Shown in pieces: positions 30,301 through 38,706 of a DNA stretch of 64,000 nt. The DNA is from Candidatus Poribacteria bacterium (lineage in GTDB: Bacteria; Poribacteria; WGA-4E; WGA-3G). Each line of letters opens with the position of its first letter. The stretch's first letter is position 1. The notes under the pieces were generated by a model, which saw only the letters and a program-made list of their open reading frames with translations, did no database searches and was not told the DNA's origin. A program made the translations under genes and the position numbers. The stretch is from contig OZ244048.1 in assembly GCA_965215265.1 (NCBI GenBank), positions 2,816,001 through 2,880,000 of the forward strand. Direction: 5' to 3'.

Positions 30301-33300
30301 GCGTTAACGGTAACAGAACCTTGTGGTCCACCGCTGTCTGCATTCGTTGTTTCTGCAGCATCTACGATAATAGACGATACTTCAACAGCGACGGGGCAAA
30401 CACCAGGGTCTAACTTTATCTGTGCTGCTACTGGTGCTTGGTCCGTAAGTGAGAATGCATTGGTTGCAACTGCCCGAACCGTCACACTGTTCCCAGCAGC
30501 GACTAAGGCATCAAAATCTTTGATGTTCCAATTGACATCATGCATCGAACCGATTTTGGTTCCAGCCAGATCAAATTCGCCAATATTCTGCCAAGCCCCA
30601 CTCGCGTCCATGTACTGCACCATTACGGTGGCAGGATGGATTGTGCGGTGGGTCACTTCGATGGTTAATACCACATTTTCAGTCGTATTCGAGAAAATGG
30701 TTACATCGCCAACTGCCCCGCTTTCATACGGATCGTCGGTGTCGCCATCGCCAGTACAATCACCAATGACAGCAGAGACAACCTGCGCTGTGTCGTAAGA
30801 GGTAGCAGGAACTGGGAAGGCTCCAGGGTCTAACTTTATCTGTGCTGCTACTGGTGCTTGGTCCGTAAGTGAGAGCGCATTAGCTGCAACTGCCCGAACT
30901 GTCACGCTGTTCCCAGCAGCGACTAAGGCATCAAAATCTTTGATGTTCCAATTGACATCATGCATCGAACCGATTTCGTTCTCAGCCAGATCAAATTCGC
31001 CAATATTTTGCCAAGCCCCACTCGCGTCCATGTACTGCACCATTACGGTGGCAGGATGGATTGTGCGGTGGGTCACTTCAATGGTTAACACCACATTTTC
31101 AGTCGTATTCGAGAAAATGGTTACATCGCCAACTGCCCCACTTTCACCTGGATCATTGGTATCGCCATCGCCATTAGAATAATCACCAATGACAACAGAG
31201 ACAACCTGTGCTGTGTCGTATTCAGGTGCGATAACTCTGAGACGTGTCGGTTCGGTGTGAGAACTAACGTTAAAGAGGGTATCAATTCCTAATGCGCGAA
31301 CCCCATAGTCGCCAATCAGGAGTGGCATCTGTTCGCCTTGGATGGGCATAACCACGTTATTATCCGGGTCTCCGAAGGTTAACGGCACAGCATTCAGCAA
31401 GTTAACTGTAGCGCCCAAGACATCGTGTAAAACTTGGCTACCCTCTAGGGTCAACTGCCTATTTCCGATATTGATAATCGAGTTTAAATCTTTGAGGAAG
31501 GGATTGGCGTACTGTTGTATCAAACTGGGAGTCAGAAGAGAAAGTACAGTCTCCAAGGGTAGCCCCCGCAGCATCTCAAGATCTCCGCGAAGTGCACCTT
31601 GAATTTCTGCTTGTGCTAACGCTTCATCCCATAGTCTTGAGGCAAGCATAGTTGCATCAATAGTGAGGGGCATCCAAGTGCTTTCTGGGAGACCATTAGC
31701 ATCCAATTCAACCTCTTGGAAGACCAAATATCCTTCGCCCGGTGCGACCCCGGCAATTTGTCCAGCGTTGATATTCAACGTAGCGGCTGTCCCGGGCTGT
31801 GGTGCGGTAGCAACATAAACCCCTTCTTCATTCAAATAACCGCCGGTGTTGCTACGCGGGGAAATCTGAAGTGTCGCCTCAGGCGCGTTGGTATCAACCG
31901 TAAATTCCCCTTGCATCTGATCTAGAGAATTTCCTGCGGCATCATACACAACGGCTTGTAAGTAGTAGTTCCCATCAGCAATTGAATCAATGTTAGCAGT
32001 CCAGATTGACTCTGTTTCCGGGGTAATACGCGGAATGGTGAAAACCGAGGATAACATTGGATCGAAAGCGTTCTCAAATTGCGTTGTTATCCTATTGGTA
32101 TTCCGTAGAAGTATATTCTGGAGTTTTACACTACGTTTTTGAAGGGCACTAACAACCGCTCGAACATCAACATTTTGGCCGCCGAGAAAAGGAGCGAGTG
32201 CTCTTCCAAGTTCTGCTTGAAAATCGGAGGTGAATAATGCCTTAAGAAGTCCACGATCAGCGAATTGGAGGTTGCGCGGATCAGGCATTGCCCACTTCTC
32301 AATTGTGTAAGTCTTCGTTGCAGATATCACATCTGCTAACTGCACAGTGGTTCCTTCTAGGACACGCTTAGTCAATTCTGCAACGGCTTCACGATCCAGC
32401 ACCTCGAGTTCTACTGGTTCAGCAAGCGTTACTGCAAAGTAATAATAAGTGCTACCGGACGGAACCCCTATCGTAGTTTCCCAAACAACGCCATTTGCGC
32501 CCTGTGTGGGCTGCATAGGAATAGATACGTAGTTTCCCTCGAGTCCGGATTGCGAATGCAGAAGTTCGACGTTGGAGAATAATTGGGTGTTTAAGGCGGG
32601 CCATGCGGGTAGATTAGTCGCCGCGAGCGACTCATCCAATTGGAAGGTGTACTCGAAAGTAGCCGAACCAAACACCGTAGATGTCAACTGTTGTCCTTGC
32701 ACCGTCCGACCATCTGTAAGAGTAAACGCGACACCGCCGATGTCTGTTGAAGGGACCCGAGCATAAACATTCAAATTATTGCTCGTAAGATATGTGCGAT
32801 TCTCTATATCCTGGTAAATAACCTCACTGAGCATAGGCGTAATGGCATTTCCAAAGTTCTCGCGGTCTAACCCCACTTCTCCTACTTGATCGGCAAAGAT
32901 CCTGATATCCTTTGATGCCAAAAGTTGCTGAACTTGCTTTTTGGGCAAGTACCCTTTTGGAATCTGTTTAAGGATTTCTCCAATGACGGCATCTTGTGTA
33001 AGTCCGTAGGATGCTTCCAAGAGGGGAGGTGGAAGTCCAATGGATTCAAAAAGCTCAGATACAAATTTCGCACCAGATAATTTATTAAGTTCAAGTCCAC
33101 CCAGCCTTGATTTGCCGATTATAGCTTGATTTGCGGGTGTAATCGCTGCAAACGGATCGGCTTGTTCCAGCGGTGGCGTTACAGCTGGAGGTTCTACAGG
33201 GGGTTCAACAACCGGCGGCACAACTGGGGGTTCAACAACCGGCGGCACAACAACCCCGACCTGCAGTATCTGCGTGAGTTCATCAATCGCGGCAGGGTCC

Positions 33301-33665
33301 TGAAGCAGCGTATGAACAAGTGGGTCGTTGAGCATGGCTTTGAGTTCAGCATCTTCTTTCAGAAGCGTTATGAAACGATCATCTATATCCGGAATGAACT
33401 GCTTAAGAAGAGCATCCGGATTTGCAACAACAAGCGTGATAGTCTCTGGATTCAAGAGTGGTTGAATGTCAGGCGATTTAAGCCCTTGTAAGACTGCGGG
33501 GAGCACTTCTTGAATATCCGCTCGCATTAGTGTTGCACCGTATTTTTCAAAAACCTGTTGGGCAGGCGAAATTTCCTGCGCCTGTCCGAAAGCAGTGTCC
33601 AGAATTGAACTGTGAAAAACACACAATGTAAAAATCAAAAAACAAACGAGCGTTCGTTTTTTCAT
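27360..33665 (-). CDS. 2101-aa secreted acidic surface protein with Ig-like repeats and a C-terminal FlgD-Ig/T9SS-CTD-like domain
   Basis: Signal peptide, Pro-Val linker, repeated DxxPP/AP Ig-like units; tail NAPNPF..IYD..VRVL..WDG..GIYF..KLALTR. Confidence 0.85.
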   Translation of the reverse strand: MKKRTLVCFLIFTLCVFHSSILDTAFGQAQEISPAQQVFEKYGATLMRADIQEVLPAVLQGLKSPDIQPLLNPETITLVVANPDALLKQFIPDIDDRFITLLKEDAELKAMLNDPLVHTLLQDPAAIDELTQILQVGVVVPPVVEPPVVPPVVEPPVEPPAVTPPLEQADPFAAITPANQAIIGKSRLGGLELNKLSGAKFVSELFESIGLPPPLLEASYGLTQDAVIGEILKQIPKGYLPKKQVQQLLASKDIRIFADQVGEVGLDRENFGNAITPMLSEVIYQDIENRTYLTSNNLNVYARVPSTDIGGVAFTLTDGRTVQGQQLTSTVFGSATFEYTFQLDESLAATNLPAWPALNTQLFSNVELLHSQSGLEGNYVSIPMQPTQGANGVVWETTIGVPSGSTYYYFAVTLAEPVELEVLDREAVAELTKRVLEGTTVQLADVISATKTYTIEKWAMPDPRNLQFADRGLLKALFTSDFQAELGRALAPFLGGQNVDVRAVVSALQKRSVKLQNILLRNTNRITTQFENAFDPMLSSVFTIPRITPETESIWTANIDSIADGNYYLQAVVYDAAGNSLDQMQGEFTVDTNAPEATLQISPRSNTGGYLNEEGVYVATAPQPGTAATLNINAGQIAGVAPGEGYLVFQEVELDANGLPESTWMPLTIDATMLASRLWDEALAQAEIQGALRGDLEMLRGLPLETVLSLLTPSLIQQYANPFLKDLNSIINIGNRQLTLEGSQVLHDVLGATVNLLNAVPLTFGDPDNNVVMPIQGEQMPLLIGDYGVRALGIDTLFNVSSHTEPTRLRVIAPEYDTAQVVSVVIGDYSNGDGDTNDPGESGAVGDVTIFSNTTENVVLTIEVTHRTIHPATVMVQYMDASGAWQNIGEFDLAENEIGSMHDVNWNIKDFDALVAAGNSVTVRAVAANALSLTDQAPVAAQIKLDPGAFPVPATSYDTAQVVSAVIGDCTGDGDTDDPYESGAVGDVTIFSNTTENVVLTIEVTHRTIHPATVMVQYMDASGAWQNIGEFDLAGTKIGSMHDVNWNIKDFDALVAAGNSVTVRAVATNAFSLTDQAPVAAQIKLDPGVCPVAVEVSSIIVDAAETTNADSGGPQGSVTVNAYTPERTAPDIVAIRFEVKQSSGTDWIDVGTAQQSTGVTPEGQEFVGVLEDLAGAAVGGKAVVPIVHNYMKWVHTVDTTQLEDTITADSPAARDASKDDDQYTVRAIAIASDGTETIAAAGVSAKLSVDNVDDVAPLGPTPILIVEDVAGVIAPDGDGLYTVGGIVDATVNSPIATFTVQPTAAEDTYASVKLVQTAADGTITEIVGEVGILKITVDVGQLENALYTFHALAVDAAGNVQTDESPASDVNVLNFRTTDVSDLVVTAVDGEPVQEPPAEPILLKSSVAVSFTVANGSLSLEDLSGTTVNGGEVPSEITEDPENTFSAAVDFSGLPDGLYTPYAVVTQRNGSVSFPLSAGEALVHLDNTPPTITIEAPLAGHTIDSLPTVHAKYHDGAGGGVDGATGKVGLVRIQPPNEADVAVDPAMLEKDETELVYTRNEQLPGGAYRVVIQVTDILGNVGEASVEFAISGTIPTVMIHAPASGQTFEHGKPLISGEFSGAGALEVTTFTLDGNDATPTVDGNRFSYTPEEELVDGDHTVAVEVTDGNGKTVQASVIFTVAMPKDTTPPIITEAGPSGLIKGDSWVTISAVVADEQSAVTSVRFGIDDKPLRSVPLAQIAQGRLEISDSFTPGTHRLKVVALSEGGSTEYSWTFTLVVDNVAPTITSITPAGTFRGGLPTISASANDESGVDEMSIVVIDSDGEEVKGSDEDDSEDDVEGITRIDFIPEAPLSEGTYTIEVRATDTIGNSATAKGSFTIDFDTAAPIITLSSPQQDARLTERRPTIAISFADAESGVDPDSIRFVLDDQLVNLAPNQKSASQVIYTPLADLAVGKHTVKLEVSDMAHQEGNVSEKNNGAREANMTVHEFSFLLEEEEGPVLAARPINAPNPFKENTRISFTLNRQSTVSIVIYDITLRPVRVLVDNEVWDAGEYIGKNAIGWDGTTTGGEDLARGIYFCQVMVADGFEPEYAILKLALTR
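30403..31220. repeat. near-identical intragenic tandem duplication (30403-30797 and 30823-31220)
   Basis: Long stretches identical at DNA level, offset 420-423 bp. Confidence 0.95.
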
Positions 33666-33955
33666 TAACTTATCCTCCTCGTTAAGTCCGCGAGAACGCG
33701 AGACTGATACTGAGTTCTTCTTGGATAGACATCGTCAAACATCAAATAGGAGACACGATAGGCGGCAGACGCAGCAGTATGTCCATCCAATATATTCGTA
33801 GGGTTTAGCATCGTAAGTAAACTTTCTGACCGCATAACGTCTATGAAGACAGCATAATAGTAGATTGAAGTTGTGCATCACTTATCAAGCCGCGCCTTCG
33901 GATTGTATTGTGTCGTCAGAAGTTTTGTATGCTTCATATTACATACGATTACAAG

Positions 33956-33972
33956 AGCAAAAAGCAAGCCAA
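33956..33972 (-). promoter_or_regulatory. putative sigma54 (-24/-12) promoter
   Basis: TTGGCTTGCTTTTTGCT, with GG-N10-GC spacing. Confidence 0.5.
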
Positions 33973-34173
33973 AAAGATGGTGCCAGACTCCTGCTCTGAT
34001 TTCCCGTGCCGATATCATCGGCAGTTCCATAAACGTTTTTTATTAGCGGGTTAAAGTTCATCTAATAATTTTAACAAAAATGCCAAAATTAAGCAAGTGT
34101 TTTAAGTCATTAGAATCACAACCATTGTAAACTTTAAACCGAGAACCTAAATTATCCAAAATTTCTACAATAT

Positions 34174-34290
34174 ATGATACCACAATTTCTAAGAATTGTC
34201 AAGCGAAAAATAATTTCTGATAAAGATTGTGCGATGCAAACGGAGGTTTGCAAAACACAATTGACAAATTAGCATAAATTCCATTATAAT
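34174..34290. promoter_or_regulatory. divergent sigma70-type promoters
   Basis: Minus strand TTGACA-N17-TATCAT; plus strand TTGACA-N18-TATAAT (34261-34290). Confidence 0.55.
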
Positions 34291-34328
34291 GTCAACACAA
34301 AACCTTCAAAGTTAACCACGAGGTTCTC

Positions 34329-35066
34329 ATGCTAAAAACTTCTGAGAAATCTCAGTTAGATGAGCACGGCGTTCTGTTTTTAGAGAATCTGATTAGTTCA
34401 GATGCAGCAATGGCACTGCGCGAGTGCGCGTTGGAACTTGCAATCAAAGAACAAAAATCAGGCAAGGACCATCCGTATTTAAACGGGCATGCACAACGGG
34501 TGTGGAACCTAGTTGGCAAAGGGAACCTATTTGAAAATGCCATTCAACATCCTAAGATACTGGACGCGATGGCATATTTACTCGGTGATGACTGCACCCT
34601 TAGCTCCTTCACAGTGAATGTGCTTTACCCCGGGGCACCGCGTGGTGGTTTGCATATTGATTATTCATTATCGGCATTGCCTCAACCTCGTCCGTATTTT
34701 CCAATGGTTGCCAACAGTGTCTGGTTTTTAGACGACTTTACGGTTGAAAACGGTGCAACCAGCTGTATACCGGGGAGCCATAAGCGTCTCGAAGGGCTAC
34801 CGCAACCGCATGTTGAATACGAAGACGAGGTGCAAATTTGTGGACCGCGAGGCTCCGTTCTAATTGTCAACGGTTCGGTCTGGCACGGTTCTTATGCAAA
34901 TGAGTCGGATACCGCTCGTGTCGCCCTGCTCGGTTTTTTCTGTCGGGCGATTCTGAAACCGCAACAAGAACATCTGAAATTGGTGTCAGAACAGGTCTTT
35001 TCCCGCGCAACGCCTACATTAAAACGGCTGCTCGGGCTTAATTCATTGCCGAACAGGAACGTCTAG
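34329..35066 (+). CDS. PhyH family dioxygenase
   Basis: LHID, DFTVENGAT..PGSH, VWHG. Confidence 0.9.
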   Translation: MLKTSEKSQLDEHGVLFLENLISSDAAMALRECALELAIKEQKSGKDHPYLNGHAQRVWNLVGKGNLFENAIQHPKILDAMAYLLGDDCTLSSFTVNVLYPGAPRGGLHIDYSLSALPQPRPYFPMVANSVWFLDDFTVENGATSCIPGSHKRLEGLPQPHVEYEDEVQICGPRGSVLIVNGSVWHGSYANESDTARVALLGFFCRAILKPQQEHLKLVSEQVFSRATPTLKRLLGLNSLPNRNV

Positions 35067-35089
35067 TTGAAGCAAGGCGACAAAACAGA

Positions 35090-36082
35090 TTAAGGCACCA
35101 CGCGCTGAACTTCTGTCATCAATACCCATGAAGACTCTGGTGTTTTGGGTGTGAGTTGATAACGCAAGCGTGCTACAATCGTGTCTGATGTTTGAACATC
35201 AAAAACAAATTGTCTACTATCGTCTGCCGGAAGCCGGTTACCTTTTCTTCCTGAAATGGTAAACTGCGCGAGTTGACGTGGTGTACCATCCGGTGCCAAA
35301 ATCTGGACATCAAGAACAATGATACGCAGCATGCTCCCCGGTAAGATATGTCCCGCTTTATTAGCAACCGTCAGAGTCGCTTTCGCGGATGCAAATTCAA
35401 ACACAAGTGTTGCGGCCCGTTTGAGTTGTGAAAGACTCCGGCTCCCTTGCCACGTATGTTTTCTGCCTGGGCTGCTTTCATAACTCGCTGTGCTTTGCAA
35501 ACGTTTAACAGCCGGCATGTGGCAGGTTGCACAACTTTTCTTTTTAGAGGCGAAACGGCTCTTTAAAAAGCTCGATACCTGGTCATGTTCAGGAACGTTT
35601 GGCTGGCCGTGGCACGTGCTGCACAGTAAAGTTGGCTCCCGATAGACAGGGTTAGTTACATTCGCGTGAAAACTAGTTTCGGCAGTTGCAGGCGGCCCAT
35701 GCATTGCCCCGTCGATGTCCAGATGACAGACTAAACATGAAACGCCTGAATCCCGATTTCGGTTTCTTAATTTCGGCATTTTTCCTATGCCAGTCACCAG
35801 AATCGGTTCAGGTGCGTGACACGGGTCGCACTTCGTTTCGCGTTCTGCAATCTGTTCTGCGGCTTCTTGATAAATTTTATCCACCCATGCCTGGGCATGC
35901 ATCGATTTTTCCCATTCACGCCAAATTGCAGGATGACAACTCTTACACTTGCCGGATTTAAACGCTTGATGTGCTTCTTCATAGCGATCGGTTGTGCCCG
36001 CGTGCGCTGTGCTGGGATCTTCGCGTCTTGTAAGCGCCCACACAACCGACAGCAACGTCAAGCAGCAGACTACTACGTTCAT
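35090..36082 (-). CDS. membrane-anchored pentaheme c-type cytochrome (c554-like N-terminus)
   Basis: Five CxxCH motifs (CKSCH, CDPCH, CLVCH, CSTCH, CATCH); GHILP. Start is 36082 or 36124. Confidence 0.85.
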   Translation of the reverse strand: MNVVVCCLTLLSVVWALTRREDPSTAHAGTTDRYEEAHQAFKSGKCKSCHPAIWREWEKSMHAQAWVDKIYQEAAEQIAERETKCDPCHAPEPILVTGIGKMPKLRNRNRDSGVSCLVCHLDIDGAMHGPPATAETSFHANVTNPVYREPTLLCSTCHGQPNVPEHDQVSSFLKSRFASKKKSCATCHMPAVKRLQSTASYESSPGRKHTWQGSRSLSQLKRAATLVFEFASAKATLTVANKAGHILPGSMLRIIVLDVQILAPDGTPRQLAQFTISGRKGNRLPADDSRQFVFDVQTSDTIVARLRYQLTPKTPESSWVLMTEVQRVVP

Positions 36083-36152
36083 CGGGCATCTGCCGCCGTA
36101 GACAGAAAACTTGGAAATTGCCATGCTGTATTACTCTGAAAACCGTGCCATA

Positions 36153-37604
36153 TTAAGGTAACTCGAGCAACTTGCGTGCTGCTTGCTCTCCACTATGAAT
36201 ACAATCTGGAATGCCGATGCCGTGGTACGCGTTGCCCGCTAATGCGAACCCTGGTAAATCTTTCGCAAGCCGCTCAATTTCACTGACACGGCTCTGATGC
36301 CCAACCAGATACTGTGCCATTGCTTGTGGATGGTGGCTAACGAGAGAGAAAAGAGGCTCTTTTGTTATCCTGAGTAACCGTGTTAACTCTTTTAGTACTC
36401 GCTGTGTTAACTCACTATCATCAGATCCGTTATCTTCTTTTACAAAAGCGCGTAGCAACACATGTTCCTCCGGGGCGCGCGCCGCAAATTTAACGCTACT
36501 AAACGAACAACCGATGAGAGAAAGGTTCTCAGTTGCCGGTACGACAAAGCCCATACCGTTGAGTGGGTGTCCAATATCCGCGCGGCGAAAAGCCAGATTT
36601 ACGGTCACAGACGAAGCATAAGGAATTTCATCCAATTTTTTCGCAAGTACAGCGGAAACAGGTCGGCAGATTTCGCGAGCACGTGGCGCGGGAATGGCAA
36701 TGCAGAGGGAGTCAGCATCAAGCCTTTCGCCACTCGCAAGTGAAACCTGCCACCCCTTCCCGGTATCTAATTGTTGGATTGCCATCACACGCGATGCGAG
36801 TCGAATCGTCACTTCTGCACAGGACGGTGCATTTTGCAAGCGCGTGACGAGCGCATCCACCAGTGTTTGCATACCGGATATGAATGAAAGGAAAAGACTG
36901 TAGCGTGGTCCGCTCGTATCGCAAGTCGTCTGCTTGGTGTGCTGTTTTCTTGCTAAGAGCGCTTTAATGATGCTTCCATGTGTCTGTTCCATCTCTAAAA
37001 AGCGAGGAAATGTTGCTCTGAGGCTTAAATTTTCTGCATCTGAGGTGTAGATGCCGCCTATCATCGGTTGCGCCATCCGTTCAAATGCTTCATTCCCAAG
37101 CCTACGCCGCACGAAATCCGCCACGGATTCATCTACATTCTGTACACCGGGCGGGTTGGCTGCAACGCCACGCGGAATAAAAAAGTCAAACATCATCCGA
37201 AGTTTACCGGACCAGCTGAAGATAGGGCTTTTCAAAAAGGGCAAAAACGCACCGGGTGCCATCATGTAAAAGCCTTCAGGTACCGGATGCAATTTCCTTC
37301 TTCGGGCGACAAAACTGCGGCGGACATGGGGATTTGTCCCTATCAACTTATCGGCGACACCCAACTCCTCACATAACGTCTTTGCCCACGGCTTTGTCGA
37401 AATAAAAGCATCGGGACCATGCTCAATCAGAAAACCGTCGCGCTGCGTCGTTTGGAGAACCCCTCCGACGCGCTCGCTTGCTTCAAGCATTACGATATCA
37501 AGAGGACTACGCTGCTTTTCTGCCTCACGCATCAGGCGATAGCTGGCGGCTAATCCTGTGATACCACAGCCAATAACGATAGTGCGTTTCCGCTCCTGCT
37601 GCAT
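36153..37604 (-). CDS. hemY: HemY/HemG-type copro/protoporphyrinogen oxidase
   Basis: GCGITGL, EHGPDAF, LSLRATFPRF, GIGIPDCI. Confidence 0.92.
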   Translation of the reverse strand: MQQERKRTIVIGCGITGLAASYRLMREAEKQRSPLDIVMLEASERVGGVLQTTQRDGFLIEHGPDAFISTKPWAKTLCEELGVADKLIGTNPHVRRSFVARRRKLHPVPEGFYMMAPGAFLPFLKSPIFSWSGKLRMMFDFFIPRGVAANPPGVQNVDESVADFVRRRLGNEAFERMAQPMIGGIYTSDAENLSLRATFPRFLEMEQTHGSIIKALLARKQHTKQTTCDTSGPRYSLFLSFISGMQTLVDALVTRLQNAPSCAEVTIRLASRVMAIQQLDTGKGWQVSLASGERLDADSLCIAIPAPRAREICRPVSAVLAKKLDEIPYASSVTVNLAFRRADIGHPLNGMGFVVPATENLSLIGCSFSSVKFAARAPEEHVLLRAFVKEDNGSDDSELTQRVLKELTRLLRITKEPLFSLVSHHPQAMAQYLVGHQSRVSEIERLAKDLPGFALAGNAYHGIGIPDCIHSGEQAARKLLELP

Positions 37605-37651
37605 CGCAATATTCCTTTAGATAAACACAAGCAATTCTGTACTACAAGATC

Positions 37652-37683
37652 TCGGCAGGACAAGGTAATCTTTGTCCTGCCGA
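37652..37683. terminator. strong hairpin between hemH and hemY
   Basis: TCGGCAGGACAAGG-TAAT-CTTTGTCCTGCCGA; no clear U tract. Confidence 0.45.
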
Positions 37684-37684
37684 T

Positions 37685-38635
37685 CTATAGATTTGATTCA
37701 AATTTTTCACAGACAAAGTCTGCTAACATGTTAATAAAATTCGGATGGCTGCCAACGGTTTCTGTCCGTATAAACTCAATACCGCAAGCTGCCGCTGTTT
37801 CTGCTGCTTCTATATCGAGATCATATAGTACCTCGACGTGGTCACAGAGGAAACCAATAGGTGAGGCAACTATCGTTTTCACTGTCGTTCGTTTTTGTGC
37901 TTTAATCCAATCGTTAATATCCGGTTGTGTCCATTTAACGGGTGTATTTTCGGCTTGACTCTGGTATGCCAAAGCAAATTCCGTTTTGCCAAGTCGCTCG
38001 GCGACGAATTCTGCAGTCTCTGCAAATTGCTGTGTATAGGGAGAGGAATTTGCTGCAGGTTGCGGAATTGCGTGTGCAGTGAAGACAAGGGCCGCCTTTT
38101 CTAATTGCCCGTTGCAGGCGTTTTTAATGCGAGCAACGATAGCACTGATATATCCGTCGTGTGTCCACCAGGGTTCCACATAATCTATTGTGATTTGAAA
38201 ATCGCCAGCATCAATTGCCTTGCGCACCGTCTGCTGATACCAATCCCAACTAACTTTGGATTGATGCGGTGCCATAATAATGCCGAGCATTTTTTTGTGT
38301 CCCTTTCTCACCATGTCCAAGATAACGTCATTTAAATAGGGTGTCCAATGCCGGAATCCAGCGTAAACCGGCAGCGGCACATCGCGTTGACGTAATGCCT
38401 TTGCTAGAGCTTTCGCCTGCTGGAATGTCAATTCATTGAAGGGCGAAAAGCCCCCAAGTTCCGTATAATGGCTCGCGACCTCCGCCACCCGTTTAGCTTG
38501 GGATTTAGCTGTGCCGACAATTCCGTCAACGAAGCAGTAAGCCTCACTCGGACATGCCTCATATTTTTGACAACAGCCTGGTGTCGGTCCGCCAAACGCT
38601 ACAAGTAAAACACTATCATATCTTTCGTTAGCCAT
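37685..38635 (-). CDS. hemH: ferrochelatase (HemH/CpfC-like)
   Basis: GGFSP, RHWTPY, FTAH, YQS, PIGFLCDHVEVLYDLD. Confidence 0.9.
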   Translation of the reverse strand: MANERYDSVLLVAFGGPTPGCCQKYEACPSEAYCFVDGIVGTAKSQAKRVAEVASHYTELGGFSPFNELTFQQAKALAKALRQRDVPLPVYAGFRHWTPYLNDVILDMVRKGHKKMLGIIMAPHQSKVSWDWYQQTVRKAIDAGDFQITIDYVEPWWTHDGYISAIVARIKNACNGQLEKAALVFTAHAIPQPAANSSPYTQQFAETAEFVAERLGKTEFALAYQSQAENTPVKWTQPDINDWIKAQKRTTVKTIVASPIGFLCDHVEVLYDLDIEAAETAAACGIEFIRTETVGSHPNFINMLADFVCEKFESNL

Positions 38636-38706
38636 TTTTTCTCCGCTATCCGAATCGTATATTCAACCATCTACCTAATAGAGACATTTAGTTCATTAAG
38701 ATTGCC

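Noticed and set aside
33180-33260. Short repeats in the giant gene
   Set aside because: Ordinary Pro/Val/Glu linker.
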